DNA from: a virus
DNA length: 62,525 bases
Reading direction: 5' to 3' (one strand)
Virus record (IMG/VR): IMGVR_UViG_3300029672_000003
Under the pieces are notes generated by a model. The model was not told the DNA's origin, ran no database searches, and was given only the letters and a program-made list of their open reading frames with translations. Shown here piece after piece: positions 40,297 through 50,607 of this stretch. A program made the position numbers and the translations under genes. Numbering within the stretch: position 1 is the stretch's first letter; each line of letters begins with the position of its first letter.

Positions 40297-41604
40297 TTAA
40301 TCAAATGGTGTGCTGCCACATACTTCTCGGAAACCGTCTTTCTGTCGCATCCGTGCTTGAATCTGTTCAATGGTTTCGGTTCGCTCGATAAATTCCATAC
40401 GATCACCTTCAAACTGAACAACTTCTCTAAACGGTGTACCCTGTCGATTCTTTTCAACTTTCAAGCCTTTAAATTTTCTGTCTTCATCCAAATTCCACAT
40501 AAGAATAATATTGGAAGCATCCTGCTCAATATCTCCGGATTCTCTTAATTCGGACATTGTAGGCTCTTTCGTTGCATTCATTTCCGATACTCGGTTAAGC
40601 TGTGACAATAGGATGATCGGAACGTGAAGCTCTCTCGCAAGTGCTTTGAATTGCTTCGAAACTTCCCCGACTTCGGATGCACGGTTATTGAACTTCCGGT
40701 TACACCGTACCAATTGCAGATAGTCAACTACGATCACGTCATATCTTTGATGCCTGCATTGCGTTCTTATTTCCTCAATAACATTTGTCTGATCGTCAAT
40801 TGTGATCGGATATTTTTCAAGCTCATCATTTGCCTTGTCAAATGCTTCTTTCTCTCCACCAAGAAAAGCCTTTGCCCTGCGAACTCTTGTCAGACCAATC
40901 TTTGACATTCTTGAAACAAACCTTTCATAAATCTGACTGTTGTTCATCTCCATGTTGTAGTAACAAGTGTTATAGCCTTTTCTTGCCATATTCTCGATTA
41001 TTTGTGCCACAATAGCAGACTTACCAACTCCCGGTCTCGCGGCAACAACTGTAATGTCTCCGCCTTCAAGACCGCCAAGGCAATCGTCAAGATGGTAAAA
41101 TCCTGTCTTTACCCTGTCCTCTCCAACATCATCATTAAAGTATTTATCTTTGTTCTCTGATACGATTTGCTTCATCAACTTAGATTTCTTCAACTGATTA
41201 ACTTGGATTTCTTCAAGCCTTGTAAGAACTTCCGCGATCGAATTATCAATATCACATGGTCTAAGGCTCACTCTCTGGAAAAGGCTTTTTGTTTCCCTTG
41301 CCCGCCAATCCTTAATGACTGCATCCGCATAGCTTTTTATTGCCGTTGAGACTGGGGTAACAGATATGCATTCTTTCAATTCGCTTGCAATTATTTCCGG
41401 CTCCCATTTGTGGTTTTCAAGTGTCTGAGACAGTGAAACGACATTAATGTTTTCTCCACGATCATACATGGCAAGCATTTCAGCAAAAGCATCTTGACAA
41501 AATTCAGAGCTGAACATTTCCGGCTTCAATTTGTTGTAAATCTTGTACATGGAATCATTGTCAATCAATACACATCCGATCACTCCAATTTCTGCTTCTG
41601 TCAA
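40297..41604 (-). CDS. dnaB: Replicative DNA helicase (DnaB family)
   Basis: N-terminal DnaB domain, Walker A ARPGVGKSA, then ...LLSQLNR...SGDIEQDA. Confidence 0.9.
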   Translation of the reverse strand: MTEAEIGVIGCVLIDNDSMYKIYNKLKPEMFSSEFCQDAFAEMLAMYDRGENINVVSLSQTLENHKWEPEIIASELKECISVTPVSTAIKSYADAVIKDWRARETKSLFQRVSLRPCDIDNSIAEVLTRLEEIQVNQLKKSKLMKQIVSENKDKYFNDDVGEDRVKTGFYHLDDCLGGLEGGDITVVAARPGVGKSAIVAQIIENMARKGYNTCYYNMEMNNSQIYERFVSRMSKIGLTRVRRAKAFLGGEKEAFDKANDELEKYPITIDDQTNVIEEIRTQCRHQRYDVIVVDYLQLVRCNRKFNNRASEVGEVSKQFKALARELHVPIILLSQLNRVSEMNATKEPTMSELRESGDIEQDASNIILMWNLDEDRKFKGLKVEKNRQGTPFREVVQFEGDRMEFIERTETIEQIQARMRQKDGFREVCGSTPFD

Positions 41605-42485
41605 CTGTCCTCACCTTGCTTTCGTTTCTCTACTTGGCGAATCCAGTAATCGCAATCCTCTTTCAGCCAGTCTCCGTATTTTGGTATGTAGCGATAATTC
41701 GTATCATCCGGATTCTTCTCTATATAGTCAGTAACATATGCCACTGTAGCCTCATATATCAGCTTTGCAACGGCTTTTCTGTTCGGTTCGATAACTTCTA
41801 AAATCTTGTCCATCCATGCTACCTTGGCAGACGTTAACGACGTTTTCTTTGGATATGCATTGATCGTGTATTCCCATCCCCATTCCGCGTCAAAGTCCAA
41901 ATCAAGTATGCTTTCTTTTGTATTTTCTTTCTCTATCTCTATATCTGTATCTATATCTTTCTCTATATCTATCTCTACATTGCAATTTTGTTGCAAAATG
42001 TTGCACTCCGTTGTTCCACTGTTGCATTGCAACGCTTTTTGTGCATTTTCCCTAGATTTACGACTTCTACGAGTGCTTGCCGTCTCGCTTCCTAGGTTAT
42101 CTTGCACAAAAGGCATAAGATACTCGATATTGTCGGCTGTCTGGATCAATCCGCAGGAAAGAAGATACTGAATCGTAACTTGAACATTGATTTCGTCCTC
42201 GTCAATATCAAGGGCGATCTCTTTGTAAAATTCATCTTCCAATCCGGAATATTCCAGATAGCCACCTTTTTTCAACGACAACAACTGCATCTTAAGATAG
42301 ATGATCGTATATGTATCGCCACCAGCCATCTTTCGGAGTTTTTTGATTCGCTTGCTGTCAAAGAAATCATCCATCAGTTTAAGCCAGTAATACCGCTTAT
42401 TCTCCGCCATTTTCACTACCTCCAAGCAATTCAATAACCTTTGCCCCAGCATCTTCCGGGCGACAAAATACGAACTCAACGCCAT
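41601..42485 (-). CDS. Phage replisome organizer / DnaD-domain replication initiator (probable start MAENKRYYW at about 42410)
   Basis: YYWLKLMDDFFDSKRIKKLRKMAGGDTYTIIYLKMQL. Contains an internal iteron array. Confidence 0.75.
   Translation of the reverse strand: MALSSYFVARKMLGQRLLNCLEVVKMAENKRYYWLKLMDDFFDSKRIKKLRKMAGGDTYTIIYLKMQLLSLKKGGYLEYSGLEDEFYKEIALDIDEDEINVQVTIQYLLSCGLIQTADNIEYLMPFVQDNLGSETASTRRSRKSRENAQKALQCNSGTTECNILQQNCNVEIDIEKDIDTDIEIEKENTKESILDLDFDAEWGWEYTINAYPKKTSLTSAKVAWMDKILEVIEPNRKAVAKLIYEATVAYVTDYIEKNPDDTNYRYIPKYGDWLKEDCDYWIRQVEKRKQGEDS
41979..42033. repeat. Iteron array inside the replication initiator gene (candidate ori)
   Basis: (A/G)TTGCA at 41979, 41990 and 42000. Degenerate GTTGTT at 42010. 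GTTGCA at 42021 plus inverted TGCAAC at 42028. Preceded by TATATCT repeats. Confidence 0.75.
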
Positions 42486-43041
42486 ACTTAAGTTGCATTG
42501 TCAACATAGCTTTTGCCAATACCTTGCCAGATGTCGGCTTTGTTTTCGGTAGCGATACATTCAGCAATTTTCCAAGTGTGTGCATATATGCAATATTGTT
42601 ATACCGGTCCACTCGAGGATTATGCCATGTAAATACATCATTGACGGAATACACCTTGTCTGTATTTTCAATAAGCACATATAGCTTAATTCCGTTGTTC
42701 TGCGCCAAAATACACTCGTCACGGAATCGCATATGTGCTTTTCCACAGATGTTCCCTACAATTTCCTGCATGTCCTTTTTCGTGTCAACGGAAACATCAT
42801 ATGTGCCAAGAAAATCCATCTTTTTAAGTTCCATTTTTCTAGCTGATTTTCTATGGATAACATCCGCTACCTTGTCTGTGGCAATTATGTAATCTCCAAC
42901 CGGCAATGGTGCACGCAAGACTTCCATATCGTGGCTTTTGAAATATCTATTCTTAAGGATATGCAAGCCCTCTTTCTGTCCTTTATCCTCAATTATTAAC
43001 ACGTATTCTCCTTTCTGGCGGTCACTTTTAGCAACCGCCAA
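42397..43041 (-). CDS. ERCC4/XPF-Mus81-type nuclease domain protein
   Basis: LPVGDYII...VDTKKDMQEI pattern. Tentative. Confidence 0.45.
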   Translation of the reverse strand: MAVAKSDRQKGEYVLIIEDKGQKEGLHILKNRYFKSHDMEVLRAPLPVGDYIIATDKVADVIHRKSARKMELKKMDFLGTYDVSVDTKKDMQEIVGNICGKAHMRFRDECILAQNNGIKLYVLIENTDKVYSVNDVFTWHNPRVDRYNNIAYMHTLGKLLNVSLPKTKPTSGKVLAKAMLTMQLKYGVEFVFCRPEDAGAKVIELLGGSENGGE

Positions 43042-43148
43042 AGGTATCTCATGGCTTACGATTTAGTCGTGATATATTAAATTCCTTGCCAAAATTTCAG
43101 ATACCGCATGAACGGGTTTCTTTTAGGATTGCTCCAAGGTGTTACAAC

Positions 43149-43454
43149 CTATTTCAGTTTTTCAAGATGCGCAATGTTTTCCTGTGCACGGTCGAGATTT
43201 CTTTTTGCAAAATCCGCACATCTCTTTTCTCTTGAAATGAACGCTTCAATTGCCGCATTCCTGCTTTCTTCCAAGAATACGATTGTATTAGAATGTTCAA
43301 TAAGATTGCCAATGCTCTCTTTATTAATTCTCATACCCTTATATATACAACCGGTTCCACGTTCTAAGGCGGTATATGTCTTAGAGCATTCCTTTGCTTC
43401 AAATACTTTTTCTTCCAGCTTTTCACTGCAGAAAAAATAACTGTATAATTTCAT
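43149..43454 (-). CDS. Hypothetical protein
   Basis: 101-aa ORF. Confidence 0.5.
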   Translation of the reverse strand: MKLYSYFFCSEKLEEKVFEAKECSKTYTALERGTGCIYKGMRINKESIGNLIEHSNTIVFLEESRNAAIEAFISREKRCADFAKRNLDRAQENIAHLEKLK

Positions 43455-43466
43455 GTTTTTTCCTCT

Positions 43467-44177
43467 CTACGAGATCACAGTAAACTGTTTCAGATCAGCA
43501 AGTTCATTCTTCAAATATTCCTTGATATTGTTCATGGCTTCATTTTTCCACGCTCCACCGTCTGCTTCGAAGATTGCACACTGCACGCCACAAGAAGATT
43601 TCATTCTAAAAATAAAATCACTTGCCGGCTGCTGAACCTCTAAGAATGTTCTATACGGAATCAGATTAACAGGGTTAGGCACCACAGCATCTGCTTTACT
43701 TGCTACACCCGTTTTAACAGTGGCTTTCTGTGTAACACCGTCATCTCCATACTCTGCAACCGTTCCATCTTCTACCGTTCCTGCAAACTTTAAAACAAGA
43801 TACCTGTCAGCATTCGAAACAAATTTTGACTGCAAGGCAATCACAAAGCTTTCATGATCGATAAAACTTCCAAACCGGAAATCCGGCAACTCTGCATTGA
43901 CCTCAACCAAATGTTCCCGCTTTCTATCTGCATCGAGAGATGAATATAAGTGAACTTCCGTCGGAGAAACCACATGAACGATCATCTTTTTCGACATGCA
44001 GTCAATGTTTGCCTTGATATACTCTACAAGACTCGTCAATGTTTTCATTTCGATCGTACTCGCATACGGAACGTAACTGATGCGGTTAAGCGGCTTGTCC
44101 GAATATGTATTACCACCAATTTCATTGATAATCGGTGTTTTTAAGCCAACGATATACTCCAATGCTTCTTTAATCAT
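43467..44177 (-). CDS. Conserved hypothetical phage protein (possibly DUF2303-like)
   Basis: 236-aa ORF. The family call is weak. Confidence 0.5.
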   Translation of the reverse strand: MIKEALEYIVGLKTPIINEIGGNTYSDKPLNRISYVPYASTIEMKTLTSLVEYIKANIDCMSKKMIVHVVSPTEVHLYSSLDADRKREHLVEVNAELPDFRFGSFIDHESFVIALQSKFVSNADRYLVLKFAGTVEDGTVAEYGDDGVTQKATVKTGVASKADAVVPNPVNLIPYRTFLEVQQPASDFIFRMKSSCGVQCAIFEADGGAWKNEAMNNIKEYLKNELADLKQFTVIS

Positions 44178-44196
44178 AATTTTTTACCTCTTCTTT

Positions 44197-44649
44197 CTAT
44201 GCCTGTTTTGCCTGTCTGAAATCTACAACGCCATCATTTTCTTTGGCTTCCTCGATTATTTCTCCTGTGTCCGTATCTACGGTCTTTCCATCGATCTGCT
44301 GTTCTTTCTGGTATTCATCAAGGGAGATCTGACCTTTGATACCTGGTCCGTATTCCTCGGCAAGAACCTCTCCTGTTGCAAGATTGGTTCCAAGGGCAAA
44401 CTTTGTCTCTACTGGCTTCGGCTGTGCAAGTTTCTTTTCAACAGAAATTTCACAAGTCGCATCGTCTCTGTCTTCGTTCTGCGTGAATTTTAACTTGATA
44501 ACTACCTCGCGTTTGTTCTTCCACGGTGTATTAGGATCCTGCATATTCTCAAAAACATCCTGCAATGCTTTCTGGGACTTTTCCTGCAATGCACCGCCTG
44601 CTAATTCTGCTAAATCAATTGGGTTCATAAAAAATTCCTTTCTGTGCAT
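44197..44649 (-). CDS. Hypothetical acidic protein
   Basis: 150-aa ORF. Confidence 0.5.
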   Translation of the reverse strand: MHRKEFFMNPIDLAELAGGALQEKSQKALQDVFENMQDPNTPWKNKREVVIKLKFTQNEDRDDATCEISVEKKLAQPKPVETKFALGTNLATGEVLAEEYGPGIKGQISLDEYQKEQQIDGKTVDTDTGEIIEEAKENDGVVDFRQAKQA

Positions 44650-44697
44650 GGTTAATAGTTGCTATATATAAAATTGACCGGTCAAAATTATTGCTTG

Positions 44698-45435
44698 TCA
44701 GAACGGACAAAGGTTCATATCAACCTCTAATCCACGTTCTGCCACGTAAACATCTGCCCCATATTTAACTGTTTCTTCTGTCTTTTGTTTGAATAGTGCG
44801 GGATCTCCGCTTTTATCTGATAAGTGAATTAGAACGACATTTCTCAATGCCGGGTTATCGTTAGTAGAAATAAATTTAAGTGTCGTATCAAGGCTCATGT
44901 GACCTCGTAATCTGTGCTCGTAATTTGGCTCTTCTCGGTTCACAAACTGCATATCGTAGTTGGCTTCCACCATGATGTGATTAACGTCCTTAAATCGCCA
45001 TTTGATGTATTCTGTGTCTGTTGCATACACCAAGCTGCCCATATCTGGGTGTTTAATATGAAATCCATAACACGGACACTCTGAACCATCAGAGTTATTA
45101 TGTAACCATCGCCTGTCTTTATTTTGATTTGGAAAAGTCCTCACTTCAAATGTTCCATACTTTTTCATGTCACAGGATTTGTAAAAATCCGTATTGTATG
45201 GTTTCCAAACTGGTATTCCTGATTTTCCATATTCTCCTATGTACTTTGCGTGGTCTCCGTGAGTATGGCTTGCCAGTACACCGACTATCTTTATCACATT
45301 GAAATCCAATTCTTTCTTGACTTCCATAAACGGCAACCCTGCTTCAATAATCAACGCTTCGCTTTCATTTTCCAGAATATAGCAGTTGCCGGATGAACCA
45401 GAACCTAAAACTTTAAGTCTCATTAAAGAACTCAC
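44698..45435 (-). CDS. MBL-fold metallo-hydrolase
   Basis: SHTHGDH motif. Beta-lactamase-fold pattern. Confidence 0.75.
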   Translation of the reverse strand: MSSLMRLKVLGSGSSGNCYILENESEALIIEAGLPFMEVKKELDFNVIKIVGVLASHTHGDHAKYIGEYGKSGIPVWKPYNTDFYKSCDMKKYGTFEVRTFPNQNKDRRWLHNNSDGSECPCYGFHIKHPDMGSLVYATDTEYIKWRFKDVNHIMVEANYDMQFVNREEPNYEHRLRGHMSLDTTLKFISTNDNPALRNVVLIHLSDKSGDPALFKQKTEETVKYGADVYVAERGLEVDMNLCPF

Positions 45436-45811
45436 TCCTCACATCAATAATCTGTCTCGTCTGTCCCAACAATTCCCTATTGTGCTTTGCTCTCTGCTCA
45501 TTGTCACAGATAAACTGCTTGCAGATTTCCGGTCGAACCGGATAGATTCTGCATTTCTCGCAACTCTTATCCGTATCAAGAAAAGGACATGTCATATCAT
45601 ACGGTCTTTTCACAGTAGGAAGCATGTGCTTACATTCTTTGATATGGTTCTTACGGACATATCTGTGAATAGCAGCTACCTCTTTTCTACTCATTGGCAA
45701 AAGGTTGGAACAGCAGTTACCGCATTGACTGCATTTTCCATCTTTGCAGAAGTTGTAAATATTATCTTCCATGCCTTTCTGAACGGATTCTAAGACTGAC
45801 ATAATTTCCAT
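45413..45811 (-). CDS. YkgJ-family CxxCxxCC cysteine-cluster protein
   Basis: CSQCGNCC...CPFL...CRIYPVRPEICKQF. Confidence 0.65.
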   Translation of the reverse strand: MEIMSVLESVQKGMEDNIYNFCKDGKCSQCGNCCSNLLPMSRKEVAAIHRYVRKNHIKECKHMLPTVKRPYDMTCPFLDTDKSCEKCRIYPVRPEICKQFICDNEQRAKHNRELLGQTRQIIDVRSEFFNET

Positions 45812-45814
45812 AGG

Positions 45815-46129
45815 CTACTCCAATTCTTCCTCTGTTGGGAACTGAAAGACACCGCCAATAACGGCTTTAGTCATTTTATCGTTCGGAATATAAATAGCTT
45901 TTTCTTTGTCGAACATCGCCATATTACGGCACGCATACGCATATTGCAGGTCTTCCATCGCTTTATCGGCTTTTTCTTCGGTAGAATATGAAGCCATTTC
46001 CATATCGTTCGAAACTGACTCCACACCAGTTAAATTTTTATTAAGAAAGAATATTACTCGATTAAAACGCTGAATAACAACCTGCTCATAAGGCACATCA
46101 ATTGTTCCGTCCTGTGATATAACTCTCAT
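45815..46129 (-). CDS. Hypothetical protein (MRVISQ... family)
   Basis: 104-aa ORF. Its N-terminus resembles that of 23975-24304. Confidence 0.5.
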   Translation of the reverse strand: MRVISQDGTIDVPYEQVVIQRFNRVIFFLNKNLTGVESVSNDMEMASYSTEEKADKAMEDLQYAYACRNMAMFDKEKAIYIPNDKMTKAVIGGVFQFPTEEELE

Positions 46130-46719
46130 ATTGTATTCCTTTCCTTGTGTTTTGCTTTTCTTCCCATATTCTTAATAATTCGGGAAACATATGACTGTGA
46201 CAATTTCATCTCTTTAGAGATTTCGCATTGCGTCTTGTTTTCTACAAAAAACATTACGAAAATACGCTTTTCTATCAAATTCAGCGTTCCAAAAATCTGT
46301 TGAATAAGTATAGAATTCATCACATCTTTCTCGTGATCCCTGCCGTCCGCCATCAGCTCGGCATATGGAACACTTTCGCCATTTCCTATGTCTACGTTAT
46401 CATCCAAAGAGAACGCTGCTTTTACCGACTTTTTACTCTTTCTGAATGACATAAGCAGTTCATTTCGCACGACAGTGAAAGCATAGGTTGAAAAATTATA
46501 TCCTTTGGAAGAATCGAATGTATTAATAGCCTTTAGCAATCCAACAATTCCGGTCTGAAACATATCTTCATCATTTACCGGAATGCTTAAATTCTGCATG
46601 ACAGAGAAAACAATCCCATAGTTGGCAAGAATCATTTGCTCCTTTGCATACTCCGAATGATATGTATTCCATAATTGCAATGCTTCCTGCTTGCTCAATT
46701 CAGACTTTGGAAGATTCAT
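46126..46719 (-). CDS. Sigma-70 family sigma factor, group-3 (SigF/SigG/FliA-like)
   Basis: Region 2 DMFQTGIVGLLKAINTFDSSKGYNFSTYAFTVVRNELL. Region 4 KTQCEISKEMKLSQSYVSRIIKNM. Confidence 0.8.
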   Translation of the reverse strand: MNLPKSELSKQEALQLWNTYHSEYAKEQMILANYGIVFSVMQNLSIPVNDEDMFQTGIVGLLKAINTFDSSKGYNFSTYAFTVVRNELLMSFRKSKKSVKAAFSLDDNVDIGNGESVPYAELMADGRDHEKDVMNSILIQQIFGTLNLIEKRIFVMFFVENKTQCEISKEMKLSQSYVSRIIKNMGRKAKHKERNTI

Positions 46720-46729
46720 GCGTCCACCT

Positions 46730-47839
46730 CTAATCTTTCATGAAATCCGGCAAATTCTCGTCATTTTCTGCCGGTTCAACAACTTCTGCTTCGACTGCTG
46801 CACTCTCAACTTCTTTTGCTTCTGCATCTGCAACAATGAAATCCTCTGAATTGGCGTTCTCGGCAATTTCTTCCTGCGTCTGCTGATAAGTTTCATCCAT
46901 CTGCATAAGAGACTGTTTTGCAATAGCATTGAGGTCTTTTGGATGCTTTTTGATTGCATTATTACGCATCTTGCGGACAATCATGGATTCCGATGTATCA
47001 AGCCATGCAGCACTCATGTATGGTCTTGCAACTTCACAGGCAAGCATATCTTCAATAGTCTCACAGTCTAAAAGTGCTTTCAGAACTTCATTTTTCTTTT
47101 CTGCGATAGCTTTCTTTTCTTCATCCGTAGCATCATATCTCGTTCTAGGTACAACCTTTCCACTCTTATCTTTTTTTGTTCCAAGTAAACCGAAAGTCTC
47201 ATTCATCAGATTATTACGAACATGAGCGAAAAGATTTCCTTTTACGCTTTCACGCTCTGCGATCATGTACTCGATTTTTCCGTCATTCATTTCAACAGGA
47301 TAAACAACACGGATTACTTTCTGTGATAATCCTTTTTCTTCCCACTCCGGCGGCGTAACTTCAACTCCTCTGTGTTTCGGATATGTGAATTCATCCCCTT
47401 CTTTCACAAGCCATACTGGATATACCTTTTTAACATCAACGCCAAAGTTGCGAAGAAGCGCATCGTTTCCGTCTCCCTCGATTCCCATTTCTACTTCCTT
47501 GTACCAGTTTCCATTTGCATCCTGTTTACTTCTCAACTGGAAATAGCACTCTCTTGGTACAGCATTGGCATTAAGCTGAAGACTTGATACCTGTCCAATA
47601 ACCTGTCTCAAATTAGAACCATTCAAGTTGCTCATAGCGGCTTTGTTAGATGTAACAAGGTTGTAAATTGCACTCATAGATGCCATAGCACACTGCTTGG
47701 AATAATCATCAAACACAAGTCCGTGTTCTGCGAAGTCACGCTCCATAAGTCCTGTGTACTGGTTCGCATAATAAGAAAGCTGTGTATTCATTTCCTGTTT
47801 TCCCTGTGCCGCTACTTCCTGTTTCTTTGCTTCTGCCAT
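46730..47839 (-). CDS. recT: RecT-like single-strand annealing protein
   Basis: PRECYFQLR...GIEGDGNDALLRNFGVDVKKVYPVWLVKEGDEFTY. Position next to the SSB and ATPase genes. Confidence 0.6.
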   Translation of the reverse strand: MAEAKKQEVAAQGKQEMNTQLSYYANQYTGLMERDFAEHGLVFDDYSKQCAMASMSAIYNLVTSNKAAMSNLNGSNLRQVIGQVSSLQLNANAVPRECYFQLRSKQDANGNWYKEVEMGIEGDGNDALLRNFGVDVKKVYPVWLVKEGDEFTYPKHRGVEVTPPEWEEKGLSQKVIRVVYPVEMNDGKIEYMIAERESVKGNLFAHVRNNLMNETFGLLGTKKDKSGKVVPRTRYDATDEEKKAIAEKKNEVLKALLDCETIEDMLACEVARPYMSAAWLDTSESMIVRKMRNNAIKKHPKDLNAIAKQSLMQMDETYQQTQEEIAENANSEDFIVADAEAKEVESAAVEAEVVEPAENDENLPDFMKD

Positions 47840-47860
47840 AATTACTTACACTTCCTTTCA

Positions 47861-48016
47861 TTAAATCTCATTAAATTTCCGTACTGCGTACAACTCGTTT
47901 GGAGTTTTCGCATACATATTGCCGTCAATCACTACAAGGTAATCAACGCCCTCTTTCTTAAGCTCCACCTTACAAGCCTTTCCATTTACATAAAATCTCT
48001 TTGTTTTGATAACCAT
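47861..48016 (-). CDS. 51-aa hypothetical protein
   Basis: MVIKTKRFYVNGKACKVELKKEGVDYLVVIDGNMYAKTPNELYAVRKFNEI. Fills the gap between genes. Confidence 0.45.
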   Translation of the reverse strand: MVIKTKRFYVNGKACKVELKKEGVDYLVVIDGNMYAKTPNELYAVRKFNEI

Positions 48017-48018
48017 GT

Positions 48019-48243
48019 CTATTCCTCGCCTTCTCCGGCATCTACCGGCTCTTCATATTTCTTCACAACTGCCACCTTATCAACACCATAGGTCTCCACC
48101 CACTTCATATCCACCGATTCATCCGTAACTGTCAGTTTTGCACCTTTGGCATTTACAACCGTGTCACCGGCTTTTACATTATCCTCGGTGCGGTATGTAT
48201 AGCTTCTGGTGCTGTTTGGAAACTTTGCTTTGATATAATTCAT
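48019..48243 (-). CDS. Hypothetical protein
   Basis: 74-aa ORF. Confidence 0.5.
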   Translation of the reverse strand: MNYIKAKFPNSTRSYTYRTEDNVKAGDTVVNAKGAKLTVTDESVDMKWVETYGVDKVAVVKKYEEPVDAGEGEE

Positions 48244-48506
48244 TCTGATACCTCACTTTCCGCTTCTTTCTTTTCCTTTTCAAATTCTTCTTTACTGCAA
48301 ATCAATAATCCACCAATATAACTATCTGGCTTTGTGAGTAATCCTGTAACAATTTCATTTGGCATAGCGATCGCCACATTTCCCCATCCGTCCTTGCCAC
48401 TATGAGCAGATATGATATTGGATAATGGGGAAACCTTTAAGTCCTTGTTATTCTTCTGCGACATTCGTTCCATTATTCCTAATGTTCCAATGCTCATCCT
48501 ACACAC
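48240..48506 (-). CDS. Hypothetical protein
   Basis: 88-aa ORF. Confidence 0.5.
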   Translation of the reverse strand: MCRMSIGTLGIMERMSQKNNKDLKVSPLSNIISAHSGKDGWGNVAIAMPNEIVTGLLTKPDSYIGGLLICSKEEFEKEKKEAESEVSE

Positions 48507-50607
48507 CCTCTACTTTCAACTGTTTGTCCTCGGAAACGCTCAAAAGAATTAACTGTGCATCCATATCCGGCACATTAAATTCATTCAGCGATTCTGCGTT
48601 ATCAACAAAAATCGGTACGCTCACGCCGTATAACTCGCTAAGAGAACGGATAATATCAAGTCCTGCTACGATTCTGTGACCACTATTCAAAGTCGAATAC
48701 GGAACGCCATTCACAGTACACTCGCAACAATCTTTCATACCGCCATTTAATTGCATTTCGAAGAGTTTGAAATTAACTGTCTTGAAATGGCTATTGATAG
48801 ATTCAGAAACCTTATCCAGTTTGAAACGAATGAACTCTTCTAAGAGGTAAAGCATCTGTTCCTGGTCGGCAACTTTCTGCCCGATTTCTTTCTGCTCGTC
48901 ACGAAGCGTTTCGATACGATCATCAATCGCCACATTGTTAGCCGCCTGCGCAATAACCTTGTTCACTTCATCAAGCTGCGCCTGCAGATCGGCTTTCTCG
49001 GCTTTTAAATCAGTAACAACCTTGTCTGCGCCCTCGGATTCAACCTTTGCAATATCAGCAAGAATCTTGTCATGCTCTGTTTTCAGCTTCACATACTCTT
49101 CATTCTGCGAATAATCAGCTTCTGCCGGGATCTCGGATAACTGCTTTGCATAATCATTCTGCTTTGCAAGTGCCTTGGATTCCTGCTCTTTGAGTGCCAC
49201 AATGTCTTCCTGCAACTTGGCGTTTTCCTTTGTCAATCGCTCAATATCAGCCTTGCAAGCGTTGCCCTTGTCAATCAGACCTTTAAGTTTTGCGCCCTTT
49301 GCATCATCAAATGCTTTGCGTGCATCCTCTAACTGCTTGGTGGCACGTGCCTTGGCATCTGCATTTTTCTGCTCAAAATCAGCCTTAAGAGACTCAATCT
49401 TATCCTGCGGCAACTTCTGACCACATAAGGAACAAACCGTTGTAGATTCATCAAATTTCCACTTGGATTCGTCAAAGAGATATGGCATTTCATCAAATGC
49501 CTTGGAAAATTCTGCATTGTATTCAACACCAAGATTTTTCCGCTCTGCATCTGTATCGGAAATTGTCTTCTCATTTGCCTTGATCTGATTTTCCGCAGAC
49601 TGAATCTGATTATGTAAGTCATTGAACTCTCGTGTTGCATCATCCTTGGCACTGTCAAGACCTCTACGTTTTGCGGAAAGTTCGTCATTCATGACCTGCA
49701 TAATGCCGGACATATCAAATTGCAACTGCATTTCCTTACTTCTTAAATCGCCCAACGCGCTACCGGCATTCTCCATTTTCTTGTCACATTCAGCGATTCT
49801 TCTTACCAGATCCACCTTTGCAAGTTCCTGCTCTGCCACATCCACATCAATCTTAGATTTTTCTGCTTCATCAATACGCACCGGGATTTCTGCCTGTTTC
49901 TTCTTCCATCCGGATAACGCTTTGGAAAACTTAGCACGGATATCATCTGTGGACGGTGCTTTCTCCAACTCGCCGAGTAATGGAGCATACTTAGCATCTG
50001 TCTGCGCCAGTTCAACATCCGATACATCCGTTGCAAGGCGCATCAGAATATCGCGCTGATCTTTCCATTTCAGAGAAGAAAAATACTGCGGATTGGTCAG
50101 CATCTTAAACATATCCTCGCTCTGTGCCAGATTTGAAACATAGGCTTTGAAATCAGCTTCACTCTTCGGATATCCGTCAATCTCAAATGAATTGACATTG
50201 CCTTGCAAAGTAACGGTGTCGGTTCCACGCTTCTTAACCCAATTCTGCTTCTGAACCTTTGAAAGTTCCACTTCTTTCCCATCAACGTCAATAACTCCCA
50301 CAACCTTAATTTCTACATTATCAATGCGGTTTCCGTCCTTATCTAATGGTCGAACATTAAACTTTTCCTCTCCGGCACTGTTTTTATTGAAAAGCAGCCA
50401 TGTAAACGCATCGAAGATTGTTGTCTTTCCTACGGCATTCTGCCCGCTGATCTTCGTTTTCACAGAGAAATTCACATCAAGGCTCTTAATTCCCTTGAAA
50501 TTCTCCATATGTAACGATCTAATTTTCAGTTTCATTTTCTTTCTCCCTCCGCTCTTTATATTTTTTAAGTGCATCTTCAAAGCATGCTTCATCGTCAACA
50601 TATCCAA
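48499..50607 (-). CDS. SbcC/Rad50-like AAA ATPase with long coiled coil
   Basis: N-terminal GQNAVGKTTIFDAF (Walker A), a roughly 450-aa coiled coil, and C-terminal PIFVDNAESL. Confidence 0.75.
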   Translation of the reverse strand: MDMLTMKHALKMHLKNIKSGGRKKMKLKIRSLHMENFKGIKSLDVNFSVKTKISGQNAVGKTTIFDAFTWLLFNKNSAGEEKFNVRPLDKDGNRIDNVEIKVVGVIDVDGKEVELSKVQKQNWVKKRGTDTVTLQGNVNSFEIDGYPKSEADFKAYVSNLAQSEDMFKMLTNPQYFSSLKWKDQRDILMRLATDVSDVELAQTDAKYAPLLGELEKAPSTDDIRAKFSKALSGWKKKQAEIPVRIDEAEKSKIDVDVAEQELAKVDLVRRIAECDKKMENAGSALGDLRSKEMQLQFDMSGIMQVMNDELSAKRRGLDSAKDDATREFNDLHNQIQSAENQIKANEKTISDTDAERKNLGVEYNAEFSKAFDEMPYLFDESKWKFDESTTVCSLCGQKLPQDKIESLKADFEQKNADAKARATKQLEDARKAFDDAKGAKLKGLIDKGNACKADIERLTKENAKLQEDIVALKEQESKALAKQNDYAKQLSEIPAEADYSQNEEYVKLKTEHDKILADIAKVESEGADKVVTDLKAEKADLQAQLDEVNKVIAQAANNVAIDDRIETLRDEQKEIGQKVADQEQMLYLLEEFIRFKLDKVSESINSHFKTVNFKLFEMQLNGGMKDCCECTVNGVPYSTLNSGHRIVAGLDIIRSLSELYGVSVPIFVDNAESLNEFNVPDMDAQLILLSVSEDKQLKVEGV

